From assembly GCA_037131775.1 (NCBI GenBank), contig JBAXQK010000001.1, positions 12,708-76,707 on the forward strand: a stretch of DNA of 64,000 bases, in the 5' to 3' direction. Below are positions 9,627 through 17,761 of this stretch, piece by piece. This DNA is from Candidatus Uhrbacteria bacterium (GTDB taxonomy: Bacteria > Patescibacteriota > Patescibacteriia > UBA9934 > GWF2-40-263). The notes under the pieces were generated by a model. The model saw nothing but the letters and a program-made list of their open reading frames with translations. It was not told the DNA's origin and ran no database searches. The first letter of the stretch is position 1, and each line of letters begins with the position of its first letter. Position numbers and translations under genes: made by a program.

Positions 9627-9718
9627 TTTATCCACCCTTGCAGACTCCCCAATCGCCTGATATACTCCTCACGCCGTACCAAATTCCGGGGTAGCTCAGC
9701 GGCAGAGCAGTGGACTGT

Positions 9719-10284
9719 GGCACGCGTTTTAGGCAATACTCAATTAGTATGGCCGACAAGCGAACCTACGCCCAGCGAGCCGAAACGATCAAGCGCGCAG
9801 TCAGCAAGCGTAGAAAGCGGGTCCGGATGCAGGCCATCGAGTTTCTCGGCGGCAAGTGTCAGATCTGCGGATACGACCGGTGCGTCGACGCTCTCGACAT
9901 CCATCACAAGGATCCAAAGAAAAAGTCTTTCGGCATCTCTGAGGACGGTGTCACTCGTTCCTGGGAACGGGTAAAGGCAGAGATCGAGCATTGCATACTG
10001 ATTTGCGCGAACTGCCATCGCGAGGTTCATGCGGGCATTACGCAGCTTCCAACGGAAACGTTGGAATGAACACAGGGTGAATTGCTGGAAGCCGTCGTCA
10101 GTAATGACATGGTAATCAGCAGCCAAGCCTTTGATCCCAGGACATAAGTCCGCAGGATCATCGGAAGGTTCAGAGACTATCCTTTCGAGGAGTACTTCTC
10201 CGACGTAAGTCGGAGCGGGAAGCGCCCTGCATCCGCAAGGATGATGATATAGTCCACGCTTTTGGGAAACCAAGAGAGTACGTG
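9719..10284 (+). mobile_element. Group I self-splicing intron of about 566 nt in tRNA-Asn, carrying an HNH homing endonuclease ORF.
   Basis: Conserved group I P7 elements GTTCAGAGACTA (10168-10179) and TAGTCC (10250-10255). Inserted after U35 of the anticodon. Contains an HNH ORF at 9749-10069. Boundaries could shift by 2 nt because of local sequence repetition (CTGTGG / GTGTAA). Confidence 0.6.
9749..10069 (+). CDS. HNH homing endonuclease encoded inside the tRNA intron.
   Basis: CQICGYDRC...DIHHKDPKKK...CANCHREVH is a classic HNH/His-Cys box with two CxxC pairs. Wholly contained in the intron. Confidence 0.7.
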   Translation: MADKRTYAQRAETIKRAVSKRRKRVRMQAIEFLGGKCQICGYDRCVDALDIHHKDPKKKSFGISEDGVTRSWERVKAEIEHCILICANCHREVHAGITQLPTETLE

Positions 10285-10413
10285 TAATCCATTTGTCGCG
10301 GGTTCGATCCCCGCCCCCGGAGCCAACACAATCTCCCTTTATTTGAGGGGGATTTTGTTATACAGTGGGTGGGAACTGGAACTACGGAAATAACATGAGA
10401 ATTACTAAACGAT

Positions 10414-11649
10414 ATGACTGATCAAACGAAAGATATTCGACACATGATGAGCAAGGTGCCAGAGGTTACGATTTTCTTCTGGGTCATCAAAGTTTTGTGC
10501 ACAACGGTCGGCGAGACGGCATCTGATTTTTTGAACGTGAATCTGAATTTTGGCTTGACGGGAACTTCTATTTTAACAGGGGTATTATTGCTGATCGCGC
10601 TCGTCTTTCAGTTCAGGGCAAAGAAGTACGTCCCAGCGCTTTATTGGATCAATGTCGTGTTGATCAGCATCTTCGGAACACTCGTGACGGACAACCTAAC
10701 TGACAGCATCGGTGTACCCCTCGAAGTGAGCACGATCGTTTTTAGCGTGCTTCTGGCAATCACTTTTGCCGTTTGGTACCGCAGGGAAAAAACGCTTTCC
10801 ATTCACTCGATCTTTACGAAACGCAGGGAGTGTTTTTACTGGTTGACCATCCTCTTTACCTTTGCCCTCGGCACGGCGACCGGAGATTTGATGGCGGAAA
10901 GCCTTGGCCTTGGATACGCGGTCACAGGCGCGATTGTCTGTGCGGTGATCGCTGCCGCCGCCATCGCTTGGCGACTTGGACTCAACTCCATCTTGGCGTT
11001 TTGGATCATCTACATTTTGACACGACCGCTCGGCGCTTCCTTGGGTGATTATCTCTCACAACCTGCGAAATATGGTGGATTGGGATTGGGAGCGACGGTG
11101 ACTAGCGTCATATTCCTGTTGGCAATTCTCGCCACCGTCATGTTCCTTTCATTCACCAAACGTGATTTGGTCGAGGACGCCTCGGTAAGGGAGGAAGAAG
11201 CGAAACAAGGCGGCGCATTGCGGCAGGTTGCGGCGGTGATAGGTTTGTTGGTCTTGGTGTCCGGGGCAGGGTATTACTGGCGTCACACGGCGCTTCAGAA
11301 TGAGGAAAGCGTCGTTTCTGTCCCAACGACAGGGACAAACGGTTCGACGAGTCCAACGCCGCACGTTTCGCCATTGGGCGATCTGTCCGGCTTCCGAACG
11401 ATTACGCAGGACACGCTCGATTTCGTGCTCGCAGGCAAATTCTCAGAGGCAAAGACTCGCGTTTCAGACCTGGAGCATGACTGGGATATTGCGCAGTCCA
11501 AACTGAAACCAATGAACAAGGCGAAGTGGACGGAAATGGATGATGCGATCGATCAAGTATTACGCCAAGTTCGCGCGGTGAATCCAAATGCCGATGCATG
11601 TAAATCGGCCCTGGAGAAACTGCTGGCTATTATTGATTCGAATCAATAA
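10414..11649 (+). CDS. Membrane protein with an internally duplicated polytopic domain (COG4705-like) and a C-terminal helical soluble domain.
   Basis: Two repeats of the FFWVIKVLCTTVGETASDFL / FYWLTILFTFALGTATGDLMAESLG type. About 8 hydrophobic helices. Local GC is clearly lower than the neighbouring genes. Confidence 0.45.
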   Translation: MTDQTKDIRHMMSKVPEVTIFFWVIKVLCTTVGETASDFLNVNLNFGLTGTSILTGVLLLIALVFQFRAKKYVPALYWINVVLISIFGTLVTDNLTDSIGVPLEVSTIVFSVLLAITFAVWYRREKTLSIHSIFTKRRECFYWLTILFTFALGTATGDLMAESLGLGYAVTGAIVCAVIAAAAIAWRLGLNSILAFWIIYILTRPLGASLGDYLSQPAKYGGLGLGATVTSVIFLLAILATVMFLSFTKRDLVEDASVREEEAKQGGALRQVAAVIGLLVLVSGAGYYWRHTALQNEESVVSVPTTGTNGSTSPTPHVSPLGDLSGFRTITQDTLDFVLAGKFSEAKTRVSDLEHDWDIAQSKLKPMNKAKWTEMDDAIDQVLRQVRAVNPNADACKSALEKLLAIIDSNQ

Positions 11650-11807
11650 ACCAAATGCGCCACCATGAGGACTGGCATCACCAAATGCCCTTCATACCCA
11701 GAAATCGCGGTTCTAACGTCGTCCACGACGCGGAGCCACAAGAATCGCTGGAATTTTCCAGTGATTTTTGTTATCGTTGAGCAAGAAATCTGGTTCGTAA
11801 ATACACT

Positions 11808-12335
11808 ATGAAACTCTACCTTGTTCGCCACGGCCAGACCACTGGCGATATCGAAGATCGCTACGGTGGCAGCTATGATGACCACATGACGGAAAAGGGA
11901 CGCGAGCAGCTTGGGGTTACTGCGCAGAGGCTGGTCGGGAAGGGGATCGAGGTTGTCTTTTCAAGCCCGCTCGTTCGCGCCCGTGAGAGCGCCGAGATCA
12001 TCAGTCAGGCCGTCGGCGCGCCCGTGCAAATTGTCGAAGGGTTGGAGGAGAGGGACTATGGGGTTCTCACCGGCCTTACGAAAAATGAAGCGCGGGAGAA
12101 ATATCCCGATGTCGTCGAATCGCACAAGGATTATCTGTCCACCGACCCGGAGGGCGAAAGCTATGATGATTTTAACCGCCGCGTCGTCGATACGCTCAAG
12201 GACATTCTGACGAGGAACGACGCGATCGTCGTCATCGTTTCTCATGGCGGTCCTATCAAGATAATTCTGAGGCACCTTGGCCAGCCCGCACCCGACAAAC
12301 TCGACGACGGGCACATTATTGAGCTGATCTCGTGA
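11808..12335 (+). CDS. Histidine phosphatase superfamily protein (phosphoglycerate mutase family).
   Basis: N-terminal LVRHGQT catalytic RHG motif, SSPLVRARESA, and a C-terminal SHGG motif. Confidence 0.7.
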   Translation: MKLYLVRHGQTTGDIEDRYGGSYDDHMTEKGREQLGVTAQRLVGKGIEVVFSSPLVRARESAEIISQAVGAPVQIVEGLEERDYGVLTGLTKNEAREKYPDVVESHKDYLSTDPEGESYDDFNRRVVDTLKDILTRNDAIVVIVSHGGPIKIILRHLGQPAPDKLDDGHIIELIS

Positions 12336-12355
12336 CGCTTTCCACCCTTTGAGAA

Positions 12356-12847
12356 ATGCCAAACAACGAATCCCGCCCTATGCTTACCGAGCTCTCAACC
12401 GATTGGATCGATGTCGCGGGATTATTCGCTCTCCTTGCCGGCTTTGTCATCGGACTGGGTGCGGTGACCGTGATCGATATACACGGCTTTTTGGGGCGGA
12501 CATCATCGTACTGGACCGAGGCGACTACCAGAACGCACAAGGTCACCAAGCCGATGATCTGGGTTGGCATTTTTCTTGTCGTCGTCGGTGGTTGCATTTT
12601 CTACCGCGCGCAGACCTTTTCCGGCATCCCGCGGATGCACGCGTTGATTGCGTTCGCCCTCATTGCCAACGGATATTTCCTGTCCTGCAAGGTCAGTCCA
12701 TTTTTGCTGGAACGTGAGAAGGCCGGTCGATCGGGAGAGCTGTTGCCGACCGTCTGGCAGAAGAAAATCACGATGAGCCTCATCGTCTCCGATCTCGGTT
12801 GGTGGGGCGGCCTGTTCCTGCTGGTCATCTACCTCCTGGGCCGATAA
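12356..12847 (+). CDS. Hypothetical 4-helix integral membrane protein.
   Basis: Hydrophobic helices only. No recognisable motif. Confidence 0.35.
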   Translation: MPNNESRPMLTELSTDWIDVAGLFALLAGFVIGLGAVTVIDIHGFLGRTSSYWTEATTRTHKVTKPMIWVGIFLVVVGGCIFYRAQTFSGIPRMHALIAFALIANGYFLSCKVSPFLLEREKAGRSGELLPTVWQKKITMSLIVSDLGWWGGLFLLVIYLLGR

Positions 12848-12851
12848 GCAT

Positions 12852-13364
12852 ATGAAGAAAAAGACGATCAGGGTGAACGATGCCTTCCAGAAGGGGTACG
12901 CGTACGAGCTCACCGAACCGCCCGGACGGAATTTTCATTCCGACTTCGAGCCGGAACTTACGCCGAAGGAAATGCTCGCGCTCGGTGTTTTTGGCGGCAA
13001 GTATATGACCGATTGCAAGCGCGAATTTCCAAAAAGTTGGTTTGCGCGCGCAAAACTTTCTCCCGAACGCCACGACGACACGCTGAATTTTTTCCGCAGG
13101 CATGCCAGCCAGCCTCTCAGCGTCTGGGTGGAAAAGGGATGGATCAACGCGGAGCACGATCCGCGCGGATGGTTTCAATGGTATTGCCGCTACTATAGGG
13201 GCAGGCGGCTGCCGGGCGAGGACGAACGGCAGATCAAGCGTTGGAAAGCGATCCGCCGTCACCTCGCTCAGGTCAGGAAATACTGCCAACCCGGAGATTT
13301 TTCGTGCCGATCCGCGCAGAGGCAGGCGCTTTTGCATTGGGCGTACGATAGCAGGAAGGTTTGA
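12852..13364 (+). CDS. Hypothetical Trp/Arg-rich soluble protein (GWFQWYCRYYRGRR motif); family not identified.
   Basis: Conserved-looking aromatic motif blocks. The opposite-strand ORF 12825..13499 is judged a shadow. Confidence 0.4.
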   Translation: MKKKTIRVNDAFQKGYAYELTEPPGRNFHSDFEPELTPKEMLALGVFGGKYMTDCKREFPKSWFARAKLSPERHDDTLNFFRRHASQPLSVWVEKGWINAEHDPRGWFQWYCRYYRGRRLPGEDERQIKRWKAIRRHLAQVRKYCQPGDFSCRSAQRQALLHWAYDSRKV

Positions 13365-13437
13365 CGCGTTCTTCTCGAGGCGAGCAATCCAAGAGTTCGC
13401 GAACGGGGTCGCATGAAGTGTGCTATCATTGGGATCT

Positions 13438-13746
13438 ATGGGAATAATCACGTACCTAAGGTCGTTCCGCTTCGGTGAATACGCCATTTTCGATTTCACC
13501 GTTTCGTTCGTTGCCGTCTATCTGCTCGCGCCGTATCTTTCAAGACTCGGCAGGAAATTCAACCTCGATATTTCGAGACGGTCTTGGCTCTATCTGACAT
13601 TGCCGATCAGCGTGGTCGTCCACCTGGTCTTCGTCACCTTCACGCCGATGACCCGAAACGTTCTCGATCTTCACGGACATTATCTCCTGAAGGTCATCAT
13701 GGTTGGGTTGATTGTGTTGGGCGTAAAGGATATTAAACAGACCTAA
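13438..13746 (+). CDS. Small hypothetical membrane protein.
   Basis: Three hydrophobic helices. Start uncertain; the track ORF begins at 13420. Confidence 0.3.
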   Translation: MGIITYLRSFRFGEYAIFDFTVSFVAVYLLAPYLSRLGRKFNLDISRRSWLYLTLPISVVVHLVFVTFTPMTRNVLDLHGHYLLKVIMVGLIVLGVKDIKQT

Positions 13747-13759
13747 GGAAACCCACCCT

Positions 13760-14158
13760 ATGTTCCTAAAAATCTACTCGATCGCGGTTTCCGTGTTTTT
13801 TGCGATGGACATGCTGTGGCTTGGCGTCGTCTCAAAGGACTTTTATCGTGCGCGAATTGGCGCGCTGATGAAGCCGGATGTCAATTGGGTCGCGGCGGTC
13901 ATCTTTTATCTCATCTTTGTCTTCGGCCTCGTCACGTTCGTGATCAAGCCCGCCTTGGAAAAGGGCGATTGGACGCGAGCCCTGCTTCTTGGCGCGCTGT
14001 TCGGCCTTGTGTCTTACGCGACCTACGACCTGACAAACCTGGCAGTCGCGAAGGACTGGCCGCTTTCGGTTACTCTCGTCGACCTGGCGTGGGGCGCCGT
14101 ACTGGCGTCGTCGGTCTCGACTGTCACGTACCTTGTCGCAAAGAAAATCGGGCTGTAA
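13760..14158 (+). CDS. DUF2177-like small integral membrane protein.
   Basis: Approximately 130 aa with 4 TM helices. The pattern resembles DUF2177 members from memory. Confidence 0.45.
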   Translation: MFLKIYSIAVSVFFAMDMLWLGVVSKDFYRARIGALMKPDVNWVAAVIFYLIFVFGLVTFVIKPALEKGDWTRALLLGALFGLVSYATYDLTNLAVAKDWPLSVTLVDLAWGAVLASSVSTVTYLVAKKIGL

Positions 14159-14173
14159 TACGCGCCAAGAACT

Positions 14174-14518
14174 ATGCGCATCTGGGACGTTCACCCGAAA
14201 TACCTTTGCCGGAAGCATCTGCTCGGAGAGCACCGTGAGCTTCACGGGCTTTGGAATATCCTGACCAAGCACGAGGGGAAGGGCGGATACTCTCGTCATC
14301 CCGAAACGCTGCGCTGGGTCGGAAAACAGAAGGCGCTCTATCTGCGACATGGGGCATTGGTGCGAGAATTTTCCCATCGCGGGTATCGGCATAAAACTCC
14401 TCTGGACGAAACATTGGCTAGCGGAGCGGACTCTCAGAGGGAATTCATTAACTCCGTGAAGGAACAGAGGGAAATCCTAAGGCAAAAACCATGCGAATGC
14501 TTTTTGAAAACTGGATAA
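14174..14518 (+). CDS. Pyrimidine dimer DNA glycosylase-like protein (T4 endonuclease V / Pyr_excise family).
   Basis: N-terminus MRIWDVHPKYLCRKHLLGEHRELHGLWNIL...GYSRHPETLRW matches the MRLWSLHPKYLD..L..WRE.L family consensus from memory. Confidence 0.55.
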   Translation: MRIWDVHPKYLCRKHLLGEHRELHGLWNILTKHEGKGGYSRHPETLRWVGKQKALYLRHGALVREFSHRGYRHKTPLDETLASGADSQREFINSVKEQREILRQKPCECFLKTG

Positions 14519-14533
14519 TCGCAAAATGATCCT

Positions 14534-14971
14534 ATGCCGACCCCCGCCTATAACTGGTACTCCCAGCTCATCAGACCGTCGTGGGCTCCTCCGTCCTGGC
14601 TCTTCGGGCCGGTCTGGACGGTGCTTTATGCCGTAATCGCCGTTTCTTTTGGCACGGTATTTTATAAGGCGTTTTCCAAGCAGATCCCGTGGGTCGTGGC
14701 GCTCCCGTTCGCGCTGAACATTGCGTTCAACCTTGCGTTCACGCCACTCCAGTTCGGCCTGAAGAACAATCTCCTGGCCGCGGCGGACATCCTTCTCGTG
14801 CTCGGGACGCTGGTCTGGGCCCTCTTTGCGATCTATACGTTCGGGCTCAAACTCCACATCGAGACCGGCGCGCCCACGTACGCCTGGATCGTCTACGCGA
14901 ACATTCCGTATCTCCTCTGGGTCTCGTTTGCGACGGCGTTGCAGCTGACGATCACGTATTTGAATCGGTAA
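14534..14971 (+). CDS. tspO: TspO/MBR family tryptophan-rich sensory protein.
   Basis: WY..L.RPSWAPPSWLFGPVWTVLY plus five TM helices, the canonical TspO signature. Confidence 0.8.
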   Translation: MPTPAYNWYSQLIRPSWAPPSWLFGPVWTVLYAVIAVSFGTVFYKAFSKQIPWVVALPFALNIAFNLAFTPLQFGLKNNLLAAADILLVLGTLVWALFAIYTFGLKLHIETGAPTYAWIVYANIPYLLWVSFATALQLTITYLNR

Positions 14972-15111
14972 CGAGCCACGTGCGGGTTCTCGTGCCATTC
15001 GTAGGACGTTACGGCTGGCATCGCTTTCCTGATGGACGAGATGCTGGCCAAATTCCTGCCGCGTGCATCTTCGGATATCGCGAAGGAGTAATCGTGGTAC
15101 ACTGTCCGCAT

Positions 15112-16266
15112 ATGGACAAGCGCACGACAGCCCAAGTTTCCGTCGCCGTCCTTGCCGTCGTGGCAATCGCCGCAGGGGTCGCCGTGTATTGCCTTGTGCC
15201 CAACCGGACGGTTACGGCGACGGCGACGACCGTTCCCGCGGTCGTCGTGGAGCCTTCCGTCGACCAGCCTCCCGCGCCTCCGCTCCCGCCTCCACCGCCT
15301 CCGCTCGATACCGTGGCGTACGACGCGAAGCTCAAGCAGCTCGCCCACTTCGTCGAACCGACCGTCGAGATCGTCGATGAGGTTGCTATCGACCGCCCCC
15401 AACCCCTCCCCCCTATGAGGGGGGGAGACGAGGCGAATGGACCGGCTTGGCCCGTCCACGCCGCGTATCCGAACCCGGGTGCGATCCTGCCGTTCAATCG
15501 AATCGTCGCGTACTACGGGAACTTCTATTCGCGGGGGATGGGCGTGCTTGGGAAGTATGATCCCGACGAGATGCTTCGTCGTCTCGACGTCGACGTGAAA
15601 TCGTGGGAGGCGGCGGATCCGACGACGCCGGTCGTTCCCGCGATCGATTACATCACCGTGACGGCGCAGCTGAGCCCGGGGGTCGATGGCAAGTATCGGT
15701 TCCGCATGCCGGATTCTCAGAAGGACAAGGCGGTCGAACTGGCCGTGAAGATTAACGGAATCGTCATACTGGAGGTTCAGGCTGGATTGTCGGACATGAT
15801 GGTCGAGGTGAAGAAGCTCGAGCCGTACCTTAAGCTCCCGAATGTCCATCTCGCCATCGACCCGGAGTTCGCGATGGTCGCGTCCGGCAAGCGCCCGGGA
15901 ACCGTGGTCGGAACGGTCGACGCGTCGACGGTCAACGCCGCCGCCGAGTATCTCGCGCAGCTCGTCCGGGACAACAACCTCACGCCGAAGGTCCTGATCG
16001 TCCACCGCTACACCCGCGCCATGGTCACGAACGCGACGAGCATCGTCCCGCTCCCGGAGGTCCAGATCGTCATGGACATGGACGGCTGGGGCCCGCAGGC
16101 GCAGAAGATCGACTCGTACCAGGCCTACATCCAGGCGGAGCCGGTCCAGTTCACCGGGTTCAAGCTGTTCTACGTGAACGACTTTCAGCGCGCCGGATCG
16201 CGGATGCTGACCCCGCAGGAGGTACTCGAGCTCACCCCGTCGCCTTCGTTCATTCAGTATCAATAG
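15112..16266 (+). CDS. Membrane-anchored protein with a Pro-rich linker and a large extracytoplasmic domain (putative hydrolase-like fold); function unknown.
   Basis: N-terminal TM anchor, PPAPPLPPPPPPL linker, and an approximately 300-aa conserved-looking domain. The start was trimmed from track ORF 14689 because the upstream part overlaps tspO. Contains an in-frame GC hairpin at about 15400-15425. Confidence 0.45.
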   Translation: MDKRTTAQVSVAVLAVVAIAAGVAVYCLVPNRTVTATATTVPAVVVEPSVDQPPAPPLPPPPPPLDTVAYDAKLKQLAHFVEPTVEIVDEVAIDRPQPLPPMRGGDEANGPAWPVHAAYPNPGAILPFNRIVAYYGNFYSRGMGVLGKYDPDEMLRRLDVDVKSWEAADPTTPVVPAIDYITVTAQLSPGVDGKYRFRMPDSQKDKAVELAVKINGIVILEVQAGLSDMMVEVKKLEPYLKLPNVHLAIDPEFAMVASGKRPGTVVGTVDASTVNAAAEYLAQLVRDNNLTPKVLIVHRYTRAMVTNATSIVPLPEVQIVMDMDGWGPQAQKIDSYQAYIQAEPVQFTGFKLFYVNDFQRAGSRMLTPQEVLELTPSPSFIQYQ

Positions 16267-16345
16267 GAAACGCACGGAAAGATCGCTGGCGAGTGCCGGT
16301 GATCTTTGTTATGCTGGCGAAGAATTATCTCATGAACGTACCGTT

Positions 16346-16810
16346 ATGAAACTCTCCTCGCGCATTGTCTCCTCTGTTTTCGTTCTCTCCACCGTCATTC
16401 TTCTTGGTGCGGGATGTTCGCGCTCGTTCGAATCGTCCGCGTCGGATTCACCCGATTACATGACGTCGCCCGATTATCCGGCCAAGACGATCTCCCGATC
16501 GGACGCGATCGACCAGTATTGGTACCAGATTGCGCGAAACGTGAACGGGAACGCGTCCGTTCAGGCATACTCGTCCGTGTCCGGAAGCACCTATACGCTC
16601 GACGCGGACATATCCGGTGCCTACGTCGACGCCCTGCACAACGGCGAGGGCGACACGCTGACGTTCACCGCGGAAATCCGCGAGGATGGCACCGCGTCCG
16701 GGACCGACCAGTACGGCAACACCTGGGAGTTCACCCTCGACATGAACGCGCCCATCGTCGAATCGGCCGTCCAGTCGTGGGCGGGCGAGAACGGGTACGT
16801 GATCGAGTAG
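16346..16810 (+). CDS. Small lipoprotein, hypothetical.
   Basis: Signal peptide with lipobox LLGAGC. No other motif. Confidence 0.5.
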   Translation: MKLSSRIVSSVFVLSTVILLGAGCSRSFESSASDSPDYMTSPDYPAKTISRSDAIDQYWYQIARNVNGNASVQAYSSVSGSTYTLDADISGAYVDALHNGEGDTLTFTAEIREDGTASGTDQYGNTWEFTLDMNAPIVESAVQSWAGENGYVIE

Positions 16811-16945
16811 AGGTGCGATTTTTCTAACGTTGCGCGGACAGCCGTTCGGATATGCGAACGGGGTACCCACGCACCCGGTTTCGGATGCCTTTGTCTCATC
16901 GGGCGCGAGCTCTCCTCTCGTCGCCTTATAGTCCGAAACAGAAAC

Positions 16946-16975
16946 GGGACCCGATTGCTCGGGTCCCGCTTTTTT
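16946..16975 (+). terminator. Rho-independent terminator GGGACCCG-attgct-CGGGTCCC followed by TTTTTT.
   Basis: Perfect 8-bp GC stem plus a T6 tract, downstream of the lipoprotein gene. Confidence 0.5.
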
Positions 16976-17549
16976 AGTTCATTGCCAGCAGGACCGGATC
17001 GGCCTGCGCGATCGCGAGCGGGGTTTCCCACAGGCGTTTTCCATTCCGGATGGCCTTTGCGGCATAGCCGTTTCCGGCGTTGCACGAGTTGTGGCACTGG
17101 ACGGCGTACTTCACGAAGTCCGGGTATCCATGGGCTTCCAAATAATTCACCGTCCAGGTCGCGGAACAGACGATGTCTTCCGCGCAGGTCGTGGTGATTT
17201 TGTGCATCTTGTAGTGGATTTGGAAGTATCCGCGGGCAAGTCCGTGGTCGCCGACGGCGGTCGAAATGTTGTTGGACTCGATCCAGAGCATTCCGAGCAG
17301 CGTCTTGGCACAATCCTCGCCGTAGCCCTTCGCCTCGCAGACGGACAGCAGGGCTTCCTGGACGGTCGGAACCGGGGGCGTCACGGGGACGTCCGGTCCG
17401 AGACTGGGGTCCTCTGACAGGGAAGAGACGGAGTCGGCGATCGTCTGGACGATGGCCGCCGGGGCCTGGATCGGGGTCGTTTCGGTAACAACCGCCTGGC
17501 CCGGCATCATCGTGATGAGCATAAGGGCCGCAATGGCGTTCATCATAGG
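16974..17549 (-). CDS. Secreted lysozyme-like / lytic transglycosylase (SLT) domain protein.
   Basis: Signal peptide MMNAIAALMLITMMPGQA. LGMLWIESNNISTAVGDHGLARGYFQI resembles the SLT catalytic Glu region. Confidence 0.5.
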   Translation of the reverse strand, partial: PMMNAIAALMLITMMPGQAVVTETTPIQAPAAIVQTIADSVSSLSEDPSLGPDVPVTPPVPTVQEALLSVCEAKGYGEDCAKTLLGMLWIESNNISTAVGDHGLARGYFQIHYKMHKITTTCAEDIVCSATWTVNYLEAHGYPDFVKYAVQCHNSCNAGNGYAAKAIRNGKRLWETPLAIAQADPVLLAMN

Positions 17550-17761
17550 TGAATGGTCAGGTGGAGTTAGTTCTGCGGCGAACAATGGCCGCCAATCAAA
17601 ACGACCGCATTACACGGTCGGAGAGGTAATCTACCAGATTTAAGGGATTCTGTCAAGAGGGAGAGATAGATATTTAGGCTAACTAAAGCAAAAAAGACGA
17701 TTTCACAAACGTCCTAAAATCCGCTATACTACGCCTGCTTTCATTCCTCGACCTTCCCGCT

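Larger units (their letters stand above)
9685..10325 (+). tRNA. tRNA-Asn (anticodon GUU) gene interrupted in the anticodon loop by a group I intron. Exon 1 is 9685-9718 and exon 2 is 10285-10325, including the encoded CCA.
   Basis: Exon 1 TCCGGGG-TA-GCTC-AGCGGCA-GAGC-A-GTGGA-CTGT and exon 2 TAA-TCCAT-TTGTC-GCGGG-TTCGATC-CCCGC-CCCCGGA-G-CCA fold into a canonical cloverleaf. The anticodon stem-loop GGACUGUUAAUCC matches the E. coli tRNA-Asn context, with discriminator G. Exon 1 ends in U and the intron ends in G, as group I splicing requires. Confidence 0.6.

Noticed and set aside
9685-10325. Alternative readings of the interrupted tRNA as tRNA-His(GUG) (exon 1 ending CTGTGG) or tRNA-Thr(UGU) (exon 1 ending CT, exon 2 starting TGTAA).
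   Set aside because: The local repeats CTGTGG and GTGTAA permit three splice registers. Only the Asn register gives a 5' exon ending in U and an intron ending in G (group I rules), discriminator G73 and a U1-A72 acceptor as in bacterial tRNA-Asn, and an E. coli-like GGACUGUUAAUCC anticodon arm. His would need G-1/C73, which are absent.
12825-13499. Minus-strand 224-aa ORF overlapping the 12852..13364 plus-strand gene.
   Set aside because: The plus-strand product has structured aromatic motif blocks and sits in a co-directional gene series. The minus ORF is low-complexity and Arg-rich.
14689-15111. Upstream extension of the 15112..16266 gene back to 14689.
   Set aside because: The extension overlaps the well-supported tspO gene in another frame and has no protein-like features. 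The signal-anchor sequence begins at MDKRTTAQVSVAVLAVV (15112).
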